Shown piece after piece: positions 39,235 to 52,125 of a stretch of DNA of 64,000 bases. This DNA is from Hypanus sabinus (Eukaryota): positions 47,926,001-47,990,000 of the forward strand of contig NC_082722.1 of NCBI RefSeq assembly GCF_030144855.1, in the 5' to 3' direction. Made by a program: the position numbers and the translations under genes. Each line of letters opens with the position of its first letter. Within the stretch, counting starts at the first letter, position 1. The notes under the pieces are model-generated. The model saw only the letters and a list, made by a program, of their open reading frames with translations, was not told the DNA's origin and ran no database searches.

Positions 39235-42200
39235 TAGTCTGTGAGCCAGGACCCCAAATTTGGGACACGGTACCATCTGGGGGGAACAACTCTTATAGTG
39301 ATTTTTGGCAAGGTACACACCCCTAGTGCTAGAAAATATGTGATAGCATTGCAGCGGTGGTAACTTGCATGGTAACCTCCATGCCATAAGAACCATGATC
39401 CCATGGTGCTTTGCCTATGATAAGATGAATTTTGCTAGGTACCTGTCCCCTTACTTTGCTCAAATGATGATCCTCCCAGAGAAGAATCCTTCTGTGTATG
39501 AGGCCTTCAAGACAGGCCAAATCCCAGTGCAGCTGTCAAGTAACAACCCCTTTGGGCAGATCCCTGTGGACCAGGCTAATGAAGCCACAGTGAACAAAGA
39601 CACACGGACTGCTAGAGGCACATCACGGTTCAGCCTGAATACTGGGGCTATCGAGCATTACTACATAACGGCTGAGCACCGCAGCGCATTCCTGGGACAG
39701 TTAAGGGAGATGGTGCAAGGCAACAAATCAGAGCTTCGTCATGTGGAGCTACAGCGGCCAAGAATCCAGAAAGATGAAGAAGCAGTTTTAGCAGTGGTTT
39801 GCCTCATACATCTCATATATGAATGGGTCAACCCATTTGCAGAGAAACGGGACCTCATTAGCATCTCTACGGCAAAGGCAGCCCCCAAGGACATTGCCTC
39901 CGACCTGATGAAGGCATCTGAGATTAGTGTGCAAAGCTGTGCAACCTTCAAGGATGAGAGACTAGAGGAAGACCATCAGCAAAGAAATTGCATGACCCAA
40001 TGAAAACCGACAAGCTGAAAACATTCAGTGATATGTGTAAGAAGAGAGAAGTGAAATCAAATGGGAGGGCGATCATCTTGAAAGCTGACAGGTCTTTGTT
40101 TGGACGCATCATAGTGATGGCACAAGGGTGCAGTCTACGTATGGAGGATATCCTTTCTCATCCTTTGGGACCATCGCCTTGCACCCTGTCCACACCAGAA
40201 GCATTGTCGAGAAAGACAAATAAAGCTACTTTAGCCACAACCTTGCAGAAAAATGTAGCAGTAGAAGAGCAACTCCCAGGAAACTCTGCTACAGTGGTTG
40301 ATGGAATGAATTCGGTTCAAAGAGTGAAAGGTGGTCAAGTTACTTTCCGAGATGTTGCCACAACAGTTCTGGGTATGGCTCTGAGGGAGAACAGTCAGAG
40401 TAGCAGAATAGATGTTGTGTTCGACACATACAAGGAGAACTCTATCAAGAATAGTGAAAGATCTCTACGGGGTGAAGAGACTGGGCATGAGTTGTAAGGT
40501 ATCACAGGCACACAGATGGTGAGGCAGTGAAGGAGCTTCCTGACCAAAGTTAGTAACAAAAATCATCTCATTAGCTTCATAGTCCATGAATGGAGGAAGG
40601 CGGAGTACAGAGCAAAACTAAAGGAGAAAATTCTGTATGTAACTGTGAATGACAGATGTTACAGGATCTCAGCTCAAGACAGTGAGGTGGTGTCAGCTCT
40701 TCACTGTCAACAAGGAGAAGCAGATGGCCACCTACTTCTCCATACTGCCTATGCCACAAGAGAGGGATACCAGTCTGTAGTGATCTGCTCAGAAGGCAAT
40801 GATGTCTTTATCATGTCTTTAGTCTTTTGTGACAAGATTGAGGCCCCATTGTTCCAGAAGTGTGGCACTAGAACCTGTACAAGGCTTGTAGACATCAGGA
40901 AGGTTGCTGCCAGTGTTGGCATAGAGGTTTGTAGGGCTCTCATCGGGTTGCACGCATATACAGGATGTGACTCTGTAAAGCGCTTTTGCAGGCAAAGGGA
41001 AGACAAGTGCCCAAAAACTTCTGACCAGCAACAGGGAAACTCAGGACACATTCTTAGAGTTGGGTCAGGAATGGGACCTCTCCCCAGAACTGATGGACAA
41101 ACTGCAGGCACTTACGTGTCTCCTGTAAGCCCCAAAAGCATTGAGCTCAGGTATCACCTTTTCTGTGCCAAAAAAGGTGAAATCGAAAGTTATCAACTCT
41201 CACCATGCAAGGACTGCTTAACAAAACATGCACAGTGAGCCAACTACCAGGCCCACAAGTGCCAAGCCCTGTTGGCAGAGGATGGAAGATGGAGAGAGAA
41301 GAGGAAGCTGAACAGTTGGTGGTGCACTGGATGGAAGGCCAGCCAGCACCCGATGCCATCTTGGATCTACTGGCCTGTAACTGTCCAAAAAAATGTTCAC
41401 TCCCAAGATGTATGTGTGTTGTAAATGGCCTCATGTGTAGACTGGCAGACTGTGAGAACCAGGCATCCTCCATCTATGGAAAGTTCAGATGAAGATGTGG
41501 AAGACGTGAAAGACTTTAAAAATTACTATGATTATTAGTAGGTTATGAAAGTATGGAAAACAAAGTATGGAAAGCAGTCTTTGATTAAATATATTCATTT
41601 TACAACCAAATGGGGCCTAGGTTATGGTTGTGTGGAACCCCACATTTGAATTATTGTACTGTAATTCTATATGCTATGACAAAAGCTTAAGATTGTTTTG
41701 ATTTGATACAACATGGAAAATTTCATGACATTGATAAAACTCCAAAGATCTCTCCAAATGAGGTTTTTTACCTTTTGGGGGGTGGGGTAACATTTTCTGC
41801 TGTACTGATGTTAATATGGTATATATACAAAAAGTGATTAGAGTACTTATTTGAATTCCTGAATAAATTCTCTACAAATCCATGTGATTGTATGTGTCCT
41901 AGGGTTTTTATTGATTATTCCAAAATTAACAAATATTTTTCTAAAAATGAAGTGATTCACTCTACTGAAATTGGGCACTGTGCTGTGAGTGCCACCAATG
42001 ACATAGTTTTCAATGTAGAAGTTTTAACAACATTTGATGAAAAGTGCTTGAACTCAGCTATCATTGTGACAAATTTCAATGTTGAGGGATCACTAATGAC
42101 AAAGTACCACTAGGTTGAATATATATGTTGTACTTTATATTGGCCACTTTTCAGAAATGCTTATTTTAGGGTAGTGTTATAAAATGCATGCTAGCACACA

Positions 42201-42326
42201 TAAAGCTATCACTGGTGCAATGTTATCACATATTTTCTAACTCTAGAGATGTACACCTTGCCAAAAATCACTATGAGCATTATTCCCCTCAGATGGTACC
42301 GGCCAACCCGACTGGCTCACAGACTA
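39235..42326 (+). mobile_element. Academ (AcademX-type) DNA transposon, internally deleted
   Basis: TAG...CTA termini with perfect 15-bp TIR tagtctgtgagccag plus ~100-bp subterminal inverted repeats; 3-bp gag/aag flanks. Disrupted ORF 39365-41492 with FAYD..N(F/Y)ARY, DQA.E..VNK, XPG/FEN-like motifs (VDGM, IDVVFD, EAD, HAYTGCD) and a Cys-rich C-terminus. Confidence 0.8.
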
Positions 42327-42654
42327 AAGCTTAATCTTAATATTTAGCCTGGTGGAGAAGCACAAATCACTACAGAAAATTTCATGGTCTTGAAGATCAA
42401 AAATGACTAAAGATGTAGCACTTAATGAAAACTTGGGCATTGTTAGGTGATTGGCAGTGAGTTTAAAAGACTGCGAACATGAACATCTCAGTGGAAATTA
42501 AAATCTCAAGATATTATATTATTCCTAACTTACTTAAGCCTCAACAGACATTTAGATCATGATGATTGGATTGACCTTTGACTCATCTTAATTGATAGAT
42601 CACATTGTCAATTTACAGTTAATTTTTAATTGTCACTCAGATATCTCTAAATAA

Positions 42655-43940
42655 ATACATTTGGAGAGGTATAGTATGATTAGAAGTAGTCAGCATGGCT
42701 TTGTCAAGGACAGGTCATGCCTTATGAGCTTGATTGAATTTTTTGAGGATGTGACTAAACACATTGATGAAGGAAGAGCAATAGATGTAGGGTATATGGA
42801 TTTTAGCAAGGCATTTGATAAGGTACCCCATGCAAGGCTTACTGAGAAAGTAAGGAGGCATGGGATCCAAGGGGACATTGCTTTGTGGATCCAGAATTGG
42901 CTTGCCTACAGGAAGCAAAGGGTGGTTGTAGACAGGTCATATTCTGCATGGAGGTCGGTCACCAGTGCAGTGCCTCAGGGATCTGTTCTGGGACCCTTAC
43001 TCTTAGTGATTTTTATAAATTACCTGGATGAGGAAGCGGAGGGATGGGTTAGTACATTTGCTGATGGCACAAAGGTTGGGGGTGTTGTGGATAGTGTGGA
43101 GGGCTGTCAGAGGTTACAGCAGGATATTGATAGGATGCAAAGTTGGGCTGAGAAGTGGCAGATGGAGTTCAACCCAGATAAGTGTGAAGCGGTTCATTTT
43201 GGTAGGTCAGATATGATGGCAGAAAATAGTATTAATGGTAAGACTCTTAGCAGTGTGGAGGATCAGAGCGATCTTGGGGTCAGAGTCCATAGGACACTCA
43301 AAGCAGCTGCGCAGGTTGACTCTGTGGTTAAGAAGGCATATGGTGCATTGGCCTTCATCAATCGTAGGATTGAGTTTAGGAGCCAAGTGGTAATGTTGCA
43401 GCTATATAGGACCCTGGTCAGACCCCACTTGGAGTACTGTGCTCAGTTCTGGTCGCCTCACTACAGGAAGGATGTGGAAGCCATAGAAAGGGTGCAGAGG
43501 AGATTTACAAGGATGTTGCCTGGATTGGGGAGCATGCCTTATGAGAATAGGTTGAGTGAACTCAGCCTTTCCTCCTTGGAGCGAAGGAGGATGAGAGGTG
43601 ACCTGATAGAGGTGTACAAGATTATGAGGGGCATTGATTGTGTGGATAGTCAGAGGCTTTTTCCCAGGGCTAAAATGGTTGCCACAAGAGGACACAGGTT
43701 TAAGGTGCTGGGGAGTAGGTACAGAGGAGATATCAGGGGTGAGTGTGTGGAATGGGCTGCAGGCAATGGTGGTGGAGGCGGATACGAAAAGGTCTTTTAA
43801 GAGGCATTTAGTTAGGTACATGGAGCTTAGTAAAATAGAGGGCTATAGGTTAGCCTAGCAATTTCTAAGGTAGGGACATGTTTGGCACAACTTTGTGGGC
43901 TGAAGGGCCTGTATTGTGCTGTAGGTTTTCTATGTTTCTA
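42655..43940 (+). mobile_element. Relatively young 5'-truncated CR1 LINE (379-aa open RT ORF)
   Basis: SQHGF, YMDFSKAFDKVPH, VPQGSVLGP, FADGTK, LVRPHLEYCAQFWSP; ttctatgtttcta tail. Confidence 0.93.
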
Positions 43941-44379
43941 ATAAGTAGATGAATCAATTTAGCCTTACTTTAAGTGTATGGCTATGTATACCATGCACTA
44001 ATCACTCATCATTTGAAGATTACTCTAATGTCAATCTTGAAGTTCCATTCTGCTAATTTTGCTTTGGTTACTCCAAATATAATATTCTAAGTTAATTTTC
44101 TACAGATATTTTAATGATCTTCAAATTCTCCATAAGCTAAATGAATTTTCCAAAGTGAAAGTTCATTTTGCTTCAGTCTGTATTGCTGGTTGCTTAGTTT
44201 AGATTGCTTTGGTATTAATATGAATATATTGCAAGCTGCAGATGCGGTTTTGGGCTAATTTTATTCAGGGAGTGCAGGATGCGACACCCCTGGAACATAC
44301 CATCAGCCACTCTGCCATCCAAATTGTAAAAAGTACGGATGTTCTAGTACATGGAGCCTGAACCTCATTCGGGGATGGT

Positions 44380-45560
44380 TTAGAGTAGCAAAGTCACCCC
44401 CACCCCAAGAGATCTAAAACCCTGCTTTCTTTGTGATTTATATCCGCGGCACGAAGCTGAGGTAGAAAGGACGTGTGTTACTCCTCTCAACGCCAGATAC
44501 AGAGCTTGGTTTTCTGTTTTGCTTCCTGGGTAGCGAACTTCTGTTTCCCTGCCTAACCAAGCCACTGGCCAGGCTGAATACAGCAGATTTAAATCCTGCT
44601 CTTAAGGTCATTTCTATTGATTGCATTAATCGTTTTCTTTTGACAGTTCGGTAAATTAGCAAATATTACAAATACTTGGGGAAAGAGACGAAATAACGCC
44701 ATGTGTGCTTTCAGGAAATGGATTTTCATGTCATCATCTAAAGAAGACTCGTATTTCCCTGAATCTCACGTATGCAACACCTCATCTGAATGAACCTTAC
44801 GGGCGAGGGAGGGAGGGGCTTAGCTTCTGTTCGTGGGGAGGAGTCCAGAAAGATGAGCCGTCGCTACAGAAACTCCGAAACATGCGCGCAACAGTTTGAG
44901 TAGTTTAAAGAAAGATTTTAGCAGATAAGGCTACTATTTTCATTTTAAAACAAAAATCAAGTGCGGGATACATTGGCGCTTTCTGATCTTTAGCCTGCAC
45001 TGATCATTTGTATTGTGTGATTCCAGGTGTACCTTTATGGTTCAACGGACTAAGTAAGTACTTTCCCCAACAAGATTTCTCGCGGGAGTAGCCGTCGTTG
45101 GTGTTACCGTGACGAGGACTCATTGTAATTTAGGCAGTCGAGTTTCACCTGAGCTAGTTTCGATCAGGTGCCGTGGTGTCGGATTTCCAAATATTCGGTG
45201 TGGTTAATATTATTTTGTTTTTGGTACGATCAGCACACTTCGGATCGTCAAAAGAACAAGAAGACTTAGGGGTTTCCACATGGACGAAGATTGGGTCAGT
45301 TTCAGTGGTGCGTGAACAGGTGCCGCAGGCTGGAATCAAACGATCACATTAAGTCTTAGGTACTTTCAGAACACAACTTCCCTGCTTTGTTTGTTTGGAA
45401 CCGCCGGCAGAAATGATCTACGAAGTTTAAACTTTAGAAGTAATAGTGCCGATGTAAAAACAGGATCGACAGAACAGTATTCCGAGTAGAAACGGGAATT
45501 GCTGGACACACTGAGCAAGTCCAGCAACATCTTGGGGAGAAAAGGACCAGAGGTAACGAA
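44380..45560 (+). promoter_or_regulatory. CpG-rich MARVELD3 promoter and probable non-coding exon 1 (donor gtaagt at 45054)
   Basis: CpG enrichment upstream of the first coding exon, which begins at an acceptor (c-run + acag, 46247) 14 nt before the ATG and therefore needs an upstream exon. Confidence 0.6.
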
Positions 45561-46261
45561 GGTTCTGTCGTCAGAACTGGAAGGATAAAAAGTTAACTCT
45601 AGTCTTTCTGCTGTTTCTATTCCTGTTATTACATATTTACAGCATTTAGGTTTTGTTTTCAAATTTACAGCATCTACTATTTTTTTTCCCCTCAGTATTC
45701 TGAGTTGCCTGACCCAGTGAAACAGTAGCTGCTGAGTCGGTTCAGTTGGAGAGTTACATTCGCTGTGAAGGCAAAATGGTGATCAGCATAGTTATGGTTC
45801 TGAAGGAGGCCGCGTCCCACCCATCATCAGCCTGATGCGGGGTCTTGACCGAAATGTTCATAGTTTCTTTCTCCCAATGGAAGCTGCTTGGCCCACACTG
45901 AGTTCCTGCGGGAGTTTGTCTTTTCCCATTACAGAAGTCTAGAATATTTTGATGGAAATCTTTGTTAAAATGATGAAAAGATTAGCAATTGACAAAGCTG
46001 TCACTGAGAATAGCAGGATGTGGAAATACCACACTGGCAGGTTTAAAAGAAGTGTGGGAACAGGGTCTCGATGAGTTTAAACAGACCATGCCAATGGGGT
46101 CTGGATGAAGTTAAATGGAACAGGAGAATGTAGCCACAGTGAGTTTAAAATGAATATGAGAAACATCACCCAGTAAATCACAATTCTTGTACTTCTGAGG
46201 CTTCACTCTACCATACCTTAAATATTCTTTCCCCCCCCCCCCACAGCTATTTCAACAGAAG

Positions 46262-46713
46262 ATGGCCAATCCAGCAAACTACCCTGAAAACAGAGCTGCA
46301 AAAGATTTGCCTGAACGAGATAGTCGTAAGAAGGAGCACTACCATAATGATCAACATGATAAGAATCATTCCCGTCCTCACAAAAGTCAGGACGATGGCA
46401 GCAGAAACACCAGAGGAAGGGACTACTCGAAACAAAACAGGGATCCAGAAAGAGATGCGAGGAGGGAAATGTATGAAGGGAAGAGATCTCGAGTTAGAGA
46501 TCCCCACCACCATGGACATCGTGTGAGGAATGATGAACACAGAACGGAAAGGGAATATCATAAAGGGGAGAATCGAGACCATCACTACAAACGTGAAAGA
46601 GAACATCATTCACAAATGTATGAAAACTCATCACATAGCAAACACCAGCCAAATTACAGACATGAAAAAGAAATCCCACTCCCAGATGATGGCCAAGTCT
46701 ACAGACATAAAAA
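46262..46713 (+). CDS. MARVELD3: MARVELD3 first coding exon (R/D/E/H-rich cytoplasmic N-terminus)
   Basis: ATG in aagATGg context; 150 codons + 2 nt, then gtaaga donor; phase matches the next exon. Confidence 0.85.
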
Positions 46714-47016
46714 GTAAGAAGCATGTGTAAATTCAAGAGAAAAGTAGTAGCTAGTTAAAATAGTGTTCAAATAGTGTTTAATGAAATGGGCACTACATAA
46801 TGGAAGAGACCAGAAGTCAAAGTAATCGTCTTTGCTTTCACCTGCATGCCAAAGCAGGAAAACCTAAGAATCAAAACTTAATCTTTTCTGAAATGGATAA
46901 ATTTTACCACCTTATCTCTGATCTTGAATCTGTAGAAAACCTATGATTGATAAAAATTGCAAGCTGGGCAGTAGGGTAGAGTACTTGAGACACTTAAGAG
47001 AGTCTAAGCACAGAAT

Positions 47017-47245
47017 AATCAGAATCAGGTTTATTATCACCGGCATGTGACGTGAAATCTGTTAACTTAGCAGCAGCAGTTCAATGCAATACATAACCTA
47101 GCAGAGAGAGAAAAAATAAATAAAACAAAACCTAACAATAAACAAGTAAATCAATTACCTATATTGAATAGATTATTAAAAATGTGCAAAAACAGAAATA
47201 TTGTATAATAAAAAAGTGAGGTAGTGTCCAAAGCTTCAATGTTGA
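47017..47245 (-). mobile_element. LINE/SINE 3' tail fragment with (ttctga)n end
   Basis: 'aatcagaatcaggtttattatcac'; the same tail recurs at ~58567. Confidence 0.55.
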
Positions 47246-47677
47246 CATCAGTTTGAGGTTGATTAAAACAACACATCCACATGTAGTATGACATTAATTC
47301 AGTGTTTCTTCTTAAACTATGTCAGTTGTAAACAGAAATGTCATATAGACAATGGGTTATTCTGGACTACAATTGGGAAAAATAAGTTAAAATAAAAGTA
47401 ATGATGTAAGGATACCTGTTTAAAAGGATTCTTAACATTAAATACTCAATTCAAGTAATTAATCTTAACAAATTTCTATCAATTCCACTAGCTGAGTTGG
47501 AGCAGTAACCATGACTTCACATAGACAAAACACAATTTCTGATGTTTTTAAACCAATACCTATAGATAGTCCATATCTTAAGGCCAATGTTTTTGGAATA
47601 GTTTCACTACATAACTTACTTGTTGCGTGACTTTCCAGGCCACAACAGAACAAACATTGTAATTTTCTTCTTAATAG

Positions 47678-47808
47678 CCATACTGAAACTGTATCACCTG
47701 AATATATCATATCTGAAGACAAAAGATCTGAGATGCATTACTTCAATCATGACAATTCAGAAGGAATACTAAATTGTTACAAGTGTCGTTATCTCTGCAC
47801 AAATCGAG
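47678..47808 (+). CDS. MARVELD3: MARVELD3 second coding exon
   Basis: ...SEGILNCYKCRYLCTNR(G) versus human EGLLECHKCKYLCTGR; tag acceptor and gtaagg donor; phase 2/1. Absent from the ORF track. Confidence 0.92.
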
Positions 47809-49069
47809 GTAAGGTTGTACAAGTAGATTAAATATGGTAAACTCTAAAGGTTTGCACAGAACAAGAATTAGAATTTCTATATTGCATTTAACATTAGCAA
47901 AATGGTGCTCCATAAAGCTATTGTGAAACAAATGTGACTTTGTTTGGACAGATGATCAAAAGCCTATTCAAACACAGGGATATAAGGAGGATAGAGGGGA
48001 AAAGAAAGTAGTAAGAAAGAGAATTATTGCAAAAAGCATTTTCCCTTAAGTCTTGGAAACAGGTGCTGGTGACAGAAAATTTAAATTCAGAAATGAATGA
48101 GTTATTGTACAGGAGGAGTATGGACAATTCAGATGATTGCAGGGTTAGGAAATGGAGAGACTCAAAATTAGGTTTGAGAATTTTAATTTAGATAAGTGGC
48201 ATAACAGGATCCAGTTATATGCTGGCAGGAAGTGATAAGTGAACAAATTAAACTCAGCATCAGATTTTAATTTCTGTATTTTTTGCATTTGTTTCCTTGA
48301 AAGTAAATAAAACTGCTTCTAATTTATTTAATTTATATGACAAATAAACCTTGAAGTTGTTTTCAACTGTTTACATACTTTGCATGGTCTGTACAGCAGA
48401 ACATAAAATTCCTGGCTATTTCTAAAATTAATGTTTTGTTTTTGAGGATTAATATTTCTTGGTTAGTATGAATAATCTTCTCAACCTGTTTACTGCGATA
48501 TAGCATTGGATACTTAAGAAAAAAAAAGTACTTTATTTGACAGAAACACACAAGCTATGAGATTAATCTTAAACTATTCTCAAGGACAGCTGTTTTCTAC
48601 TGAGAGGAATAGTACTAAAATACTGAGAATATTTGTTTTGCCATAGCTATATACTGTAGCTCGATTGAGTAGTTCATTCCTGGTTCTACGCTATATCACA
48701 TTTTGGGTCCCAAGTTTGAATACCACATGAGCCAGCAATTGAAGTATTTGGTCGGAAGGTTGCTGGTATTTGTATGGCAGCAGTTTAACAGTTCAAATAA
48801 CCAGGTTGGAAAGATGCATTCGATGATCTAATGCATGCTTGTTAGGGCAAAATTATCTGAATCACCTTTTTCTTCTTCCTGATTTGAAATAGTTCTTTTG
48901 AAATATGTTTTGAACTGAAAACGTTTCAAAATTGTTTTTGCATAGAGTCACGTAGAGAACATAAAGAATGGAACATTTCTGGTTCAACTGGTTGTGTGCA
49001 CCAGTCACTTAACCACCTTTCATTACAACATAAACACTTACTCCTTTGTTTAACTTCAGTTTTATGAAA

Positions 49070-49680
49070 TCCAGAGCCACAGAGTTATACAGGATGGAAT
49101 CAAACCTTTGGTCTAACTCATCCATGCCAACCAAGGGGTCTTCCTGAGCTCACTCTAATTAGCCTGCATATGACCCATATCCCTAAAACTTTCTTATCCA
49201 TGTACCTGTCCAAATGTCCTTTAAAAGTGGCAACTTATTCCATATATGCATTAACCTTTCTGTGGAGGTGAATATGCCTCTCAGGTTCTCTTTAATTCTC
49301 CCCCCCTTACCTTAAAACTGATGCTGTCTAGTTTTAGACTCCCCTACCCTGTGAAAAAGACTGTGACAATCCATCTTATCAATGCCCCTCATGACTTGAC
49401 ATGACAAATCTCGTTAAGATCACCCCTTAGCTTCCTTCACTTCAGGGGAACTAGTCCCAGCTTGCCCAGAATGTCCCTTTCACTCAAGCACTCCAGTTCT
49501 GGCAACATCCTTGTGAATCTTTTCTGTAGTCTCTGTGGGTTTATCACATTTTTCTGATGTGATGGCAATGAGAACTGCACAAAATATTCTAACTGTAGTC
49601 TCACTAACGTTTTGTACAGCAGTAACATGAAATCTCAACTCCGAAGCTCATTATCCCAGGCAATGAAGGTTTTAACCACC
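49070..49680 (-). mobile_element. CR1 3' fragment
   Basis: LYKTLVRLQLEYFVQF...QKRFTRMLP. Confidence 0.8.
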
Positions 49681-50499
49681 TTGTTTATCAGTTTTACAAC
49701 ACTTACCAGGCTCCTAGATGGTAATAGAATGAATATAATAAAGGTTCTACCAGGAGGAATAATCAACACAGCCAGATTCTTAATAAGGCAGTGAATAAAT
49801 TTTCCACATTTTTGTATTGATGTTGTGTACCATTCCTGGGGATAGCAAATAATGCATGTATATATTATTGATAATTTGCAATGGATATCAGTGACAATGT
49901 GATTGCACTATTTAAGCACACAAGTTGTGTTGTCCTGCCCTATTGCAGGTACAACATTGTCCCTTTCTTCTATGTGGTGGGAGTATACTAAAAGAAGTTT
50001 CAAGGCACATTGTCACATCATTCAAAATTAATTGTCTGTCTAATAAATGCAGTGGAATAGTGAGGCTTCTGACTAATCAAATGGGAGCAAAATAAATGAT
50101 AAGCAAGCACTATTAACATTGGAAATCTAAAGCAAAATTAGTCATGCAGCATCTGTGAAGTAGAAACAATCAATATTTTAGGTTTGTGACCCATCGTCAG
50201 AACTGTGAAGGAGAGAAACAAGTTAGTTGATATTGCAGAGAAGGTGGGGAAGGACAATGGATGAAAGAAAAGTAATCTCTGTGATAGTGTAAAACTGGAG
50301 ACTGAATGCGGCAGTTACAGGGGTAATTGAAAATTAGATGAAGATCACATCAGACAAAGGAACTGACAAAGAATGATCCAAATGAAGGGTCTCATCCGAA
50401 ATGTTGAGTGACTGTTTCCCAACATAATTGTTGCCTGACCTGCTGAGTTCCTCCAGGATTTTGTGTGCTGCTAAAGATTCCAGTGTCTGCAGTCTCTTA

Positions 50500-50882
50500 G
50501 AACATAGTACAGTAGGAGCCCTTTGGCCCATGATGTTGTGCTGACCTATATATCCATGATCAATCTAACCCTTTTCTACTACACAGCCCATAACATTCCA
50601 TCTTTCCAACATCCATGTTCCTATACAAGAGTCTCTTAAATGTCCCTATTGTATCAGCCTCTACTGCCACCCCCAGCACTGAATTCCGGGCACTCACCAC
50701 TCTCGAGGTGTAAAAGAGCCTATAACATCTCCCCTAAACTTTCTTCCATTCACCTTAAGTAGATGTCCTCTTGCATTGGCCATTGCTGACCTCAGAAGGC
50801 TCTGGTTGTCCACTCTATCTATGCCTCTCATAATCTTATACACCTCCATCAAACCACCTGTCATTCTCCATTGCCTCAACCT
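50500..50882 (-). mobile_element. CR1 3' fragment
   Basis: EVYKIMRGIDRVD and CR1 3' UTR. Confidence 0.8.
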
Positions 50883-51314
50883 ATCCTCTGTTCCCCTACA
50901 CTGCTGTTTTGTGTCTCCTCTTTAATCTGATTTTAACTGCCACATTTAGTCTCTAATTTCTGTATGAGACTGGTATGAGAAGCCCCCTGTGTTTTCCCCA
51001 TCTACCTCCTCCAACTTCTCACTTCTTCAGCTACCTTGATTTGGTCTTCTCCTGTTCAGATAAAGGCCCTGCATGACACATTAACTGTTTTACTTCTCAC
51101 AGATGCTGCCTGAATGCTGAGTTTTCTCTGCATTTTCTCTTTTTGAATCAGTTAGTAGTGGTTTCCCTTCCCACACCAAACCATGATATTCCCCAACCCA
51201 TTTTCTCTAAACAAGCCTTCCTTTCTTCATTTGATAAACCAGCATCTGCATTATATGTCTGGTGAGCTAAAGAAATCTGTGAAAAATTGGAAAAATAAAT
51301 GTATTTTGAAAAGA

Positions 51315-52125
51315 GCATAAACAAACTGCTAGAGAAATTCAGTGGATCAGGCAATATCTGTGGATGCAAAGGGATGATTAACATTTCAGATCAAAACTCT
51401 ACATCAGGACTGAGCGTGTAGATAGGAGATGTTCTGTGTAAAGAGACAAGAAGATGAGGCAGGAACTAACAGCTCAGCTGACAGATGGAACCACATGAGG
51501 AGGGAGATGTTGGGCAGATGGGCCAACGAGGGGGAAAGGAAAATGGTTGGAATTGACAGTCGGTCGATGGTAGGTGAGAGATAGAGAAAGGAGAGAGCAA
51601 GAAAAAGGGTAGATGGAGCTAGCGGGGAGAAGGGGACGGTGGAGGTAACGACAAAGGCCGATGCTGAAGGTGGAGACACAAGTGCTGGAATGTGATAAGA
51701 AAGGAAAGTGTTAAATGGTATCAGGTGAGTGAGTGATGGTGAGAATGGTGGCTGTGGAGGGGAGCCAAACTATCTGACCCAGTAGGTTACAAGTCCTAGT
51801 GAGAGGCAGATGGAACAAATGTGGATGAGGGGAGCTCAGGTGGTGGTGGGGAAAGCCAATGCGAAGTACCTGGGTAGATCAGAAAGAAAGAGAAAGGAGC
51901 CTAGGAGGTGCAAGTTACCATATTTGGAAAACTCAGTGTTCATATCATTGGATTATTGACCACCCAGAAGAAATAGAAGGTATTATTTTTATAGTTTGTG
52001 TTTGGTTTCACTCTGGCAGTGGTGACCTACTGAGTTCCTCCATAATTTAGTGTGTGTGCATGTGTGTGAGTGTGTGTGCACGTGTGTGCATGTGTATTTC
52101 CAGTATCTACAGAACCTCTTGTGTT
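51315..52125 (-). mobile_element. Penelope-like element remnant (related short copies at ~800-930, 4560-4830, 17830-18010, 45490-45920, 50120-50500, 63500-63550)
   Basis: Degenerate GIY-YIG C-terminal region at ~51915-51990, purine-rich UTR and recurring 'ctggaggaactcagcaggtcaggcagcatc'-like termini. Confidence 0.55.

Noticed and set aside
46247-46609. Hydrophobic 120-aa - strand ORF
   Set aside because: Antisense shadow of the charged MARVELD3 exon.
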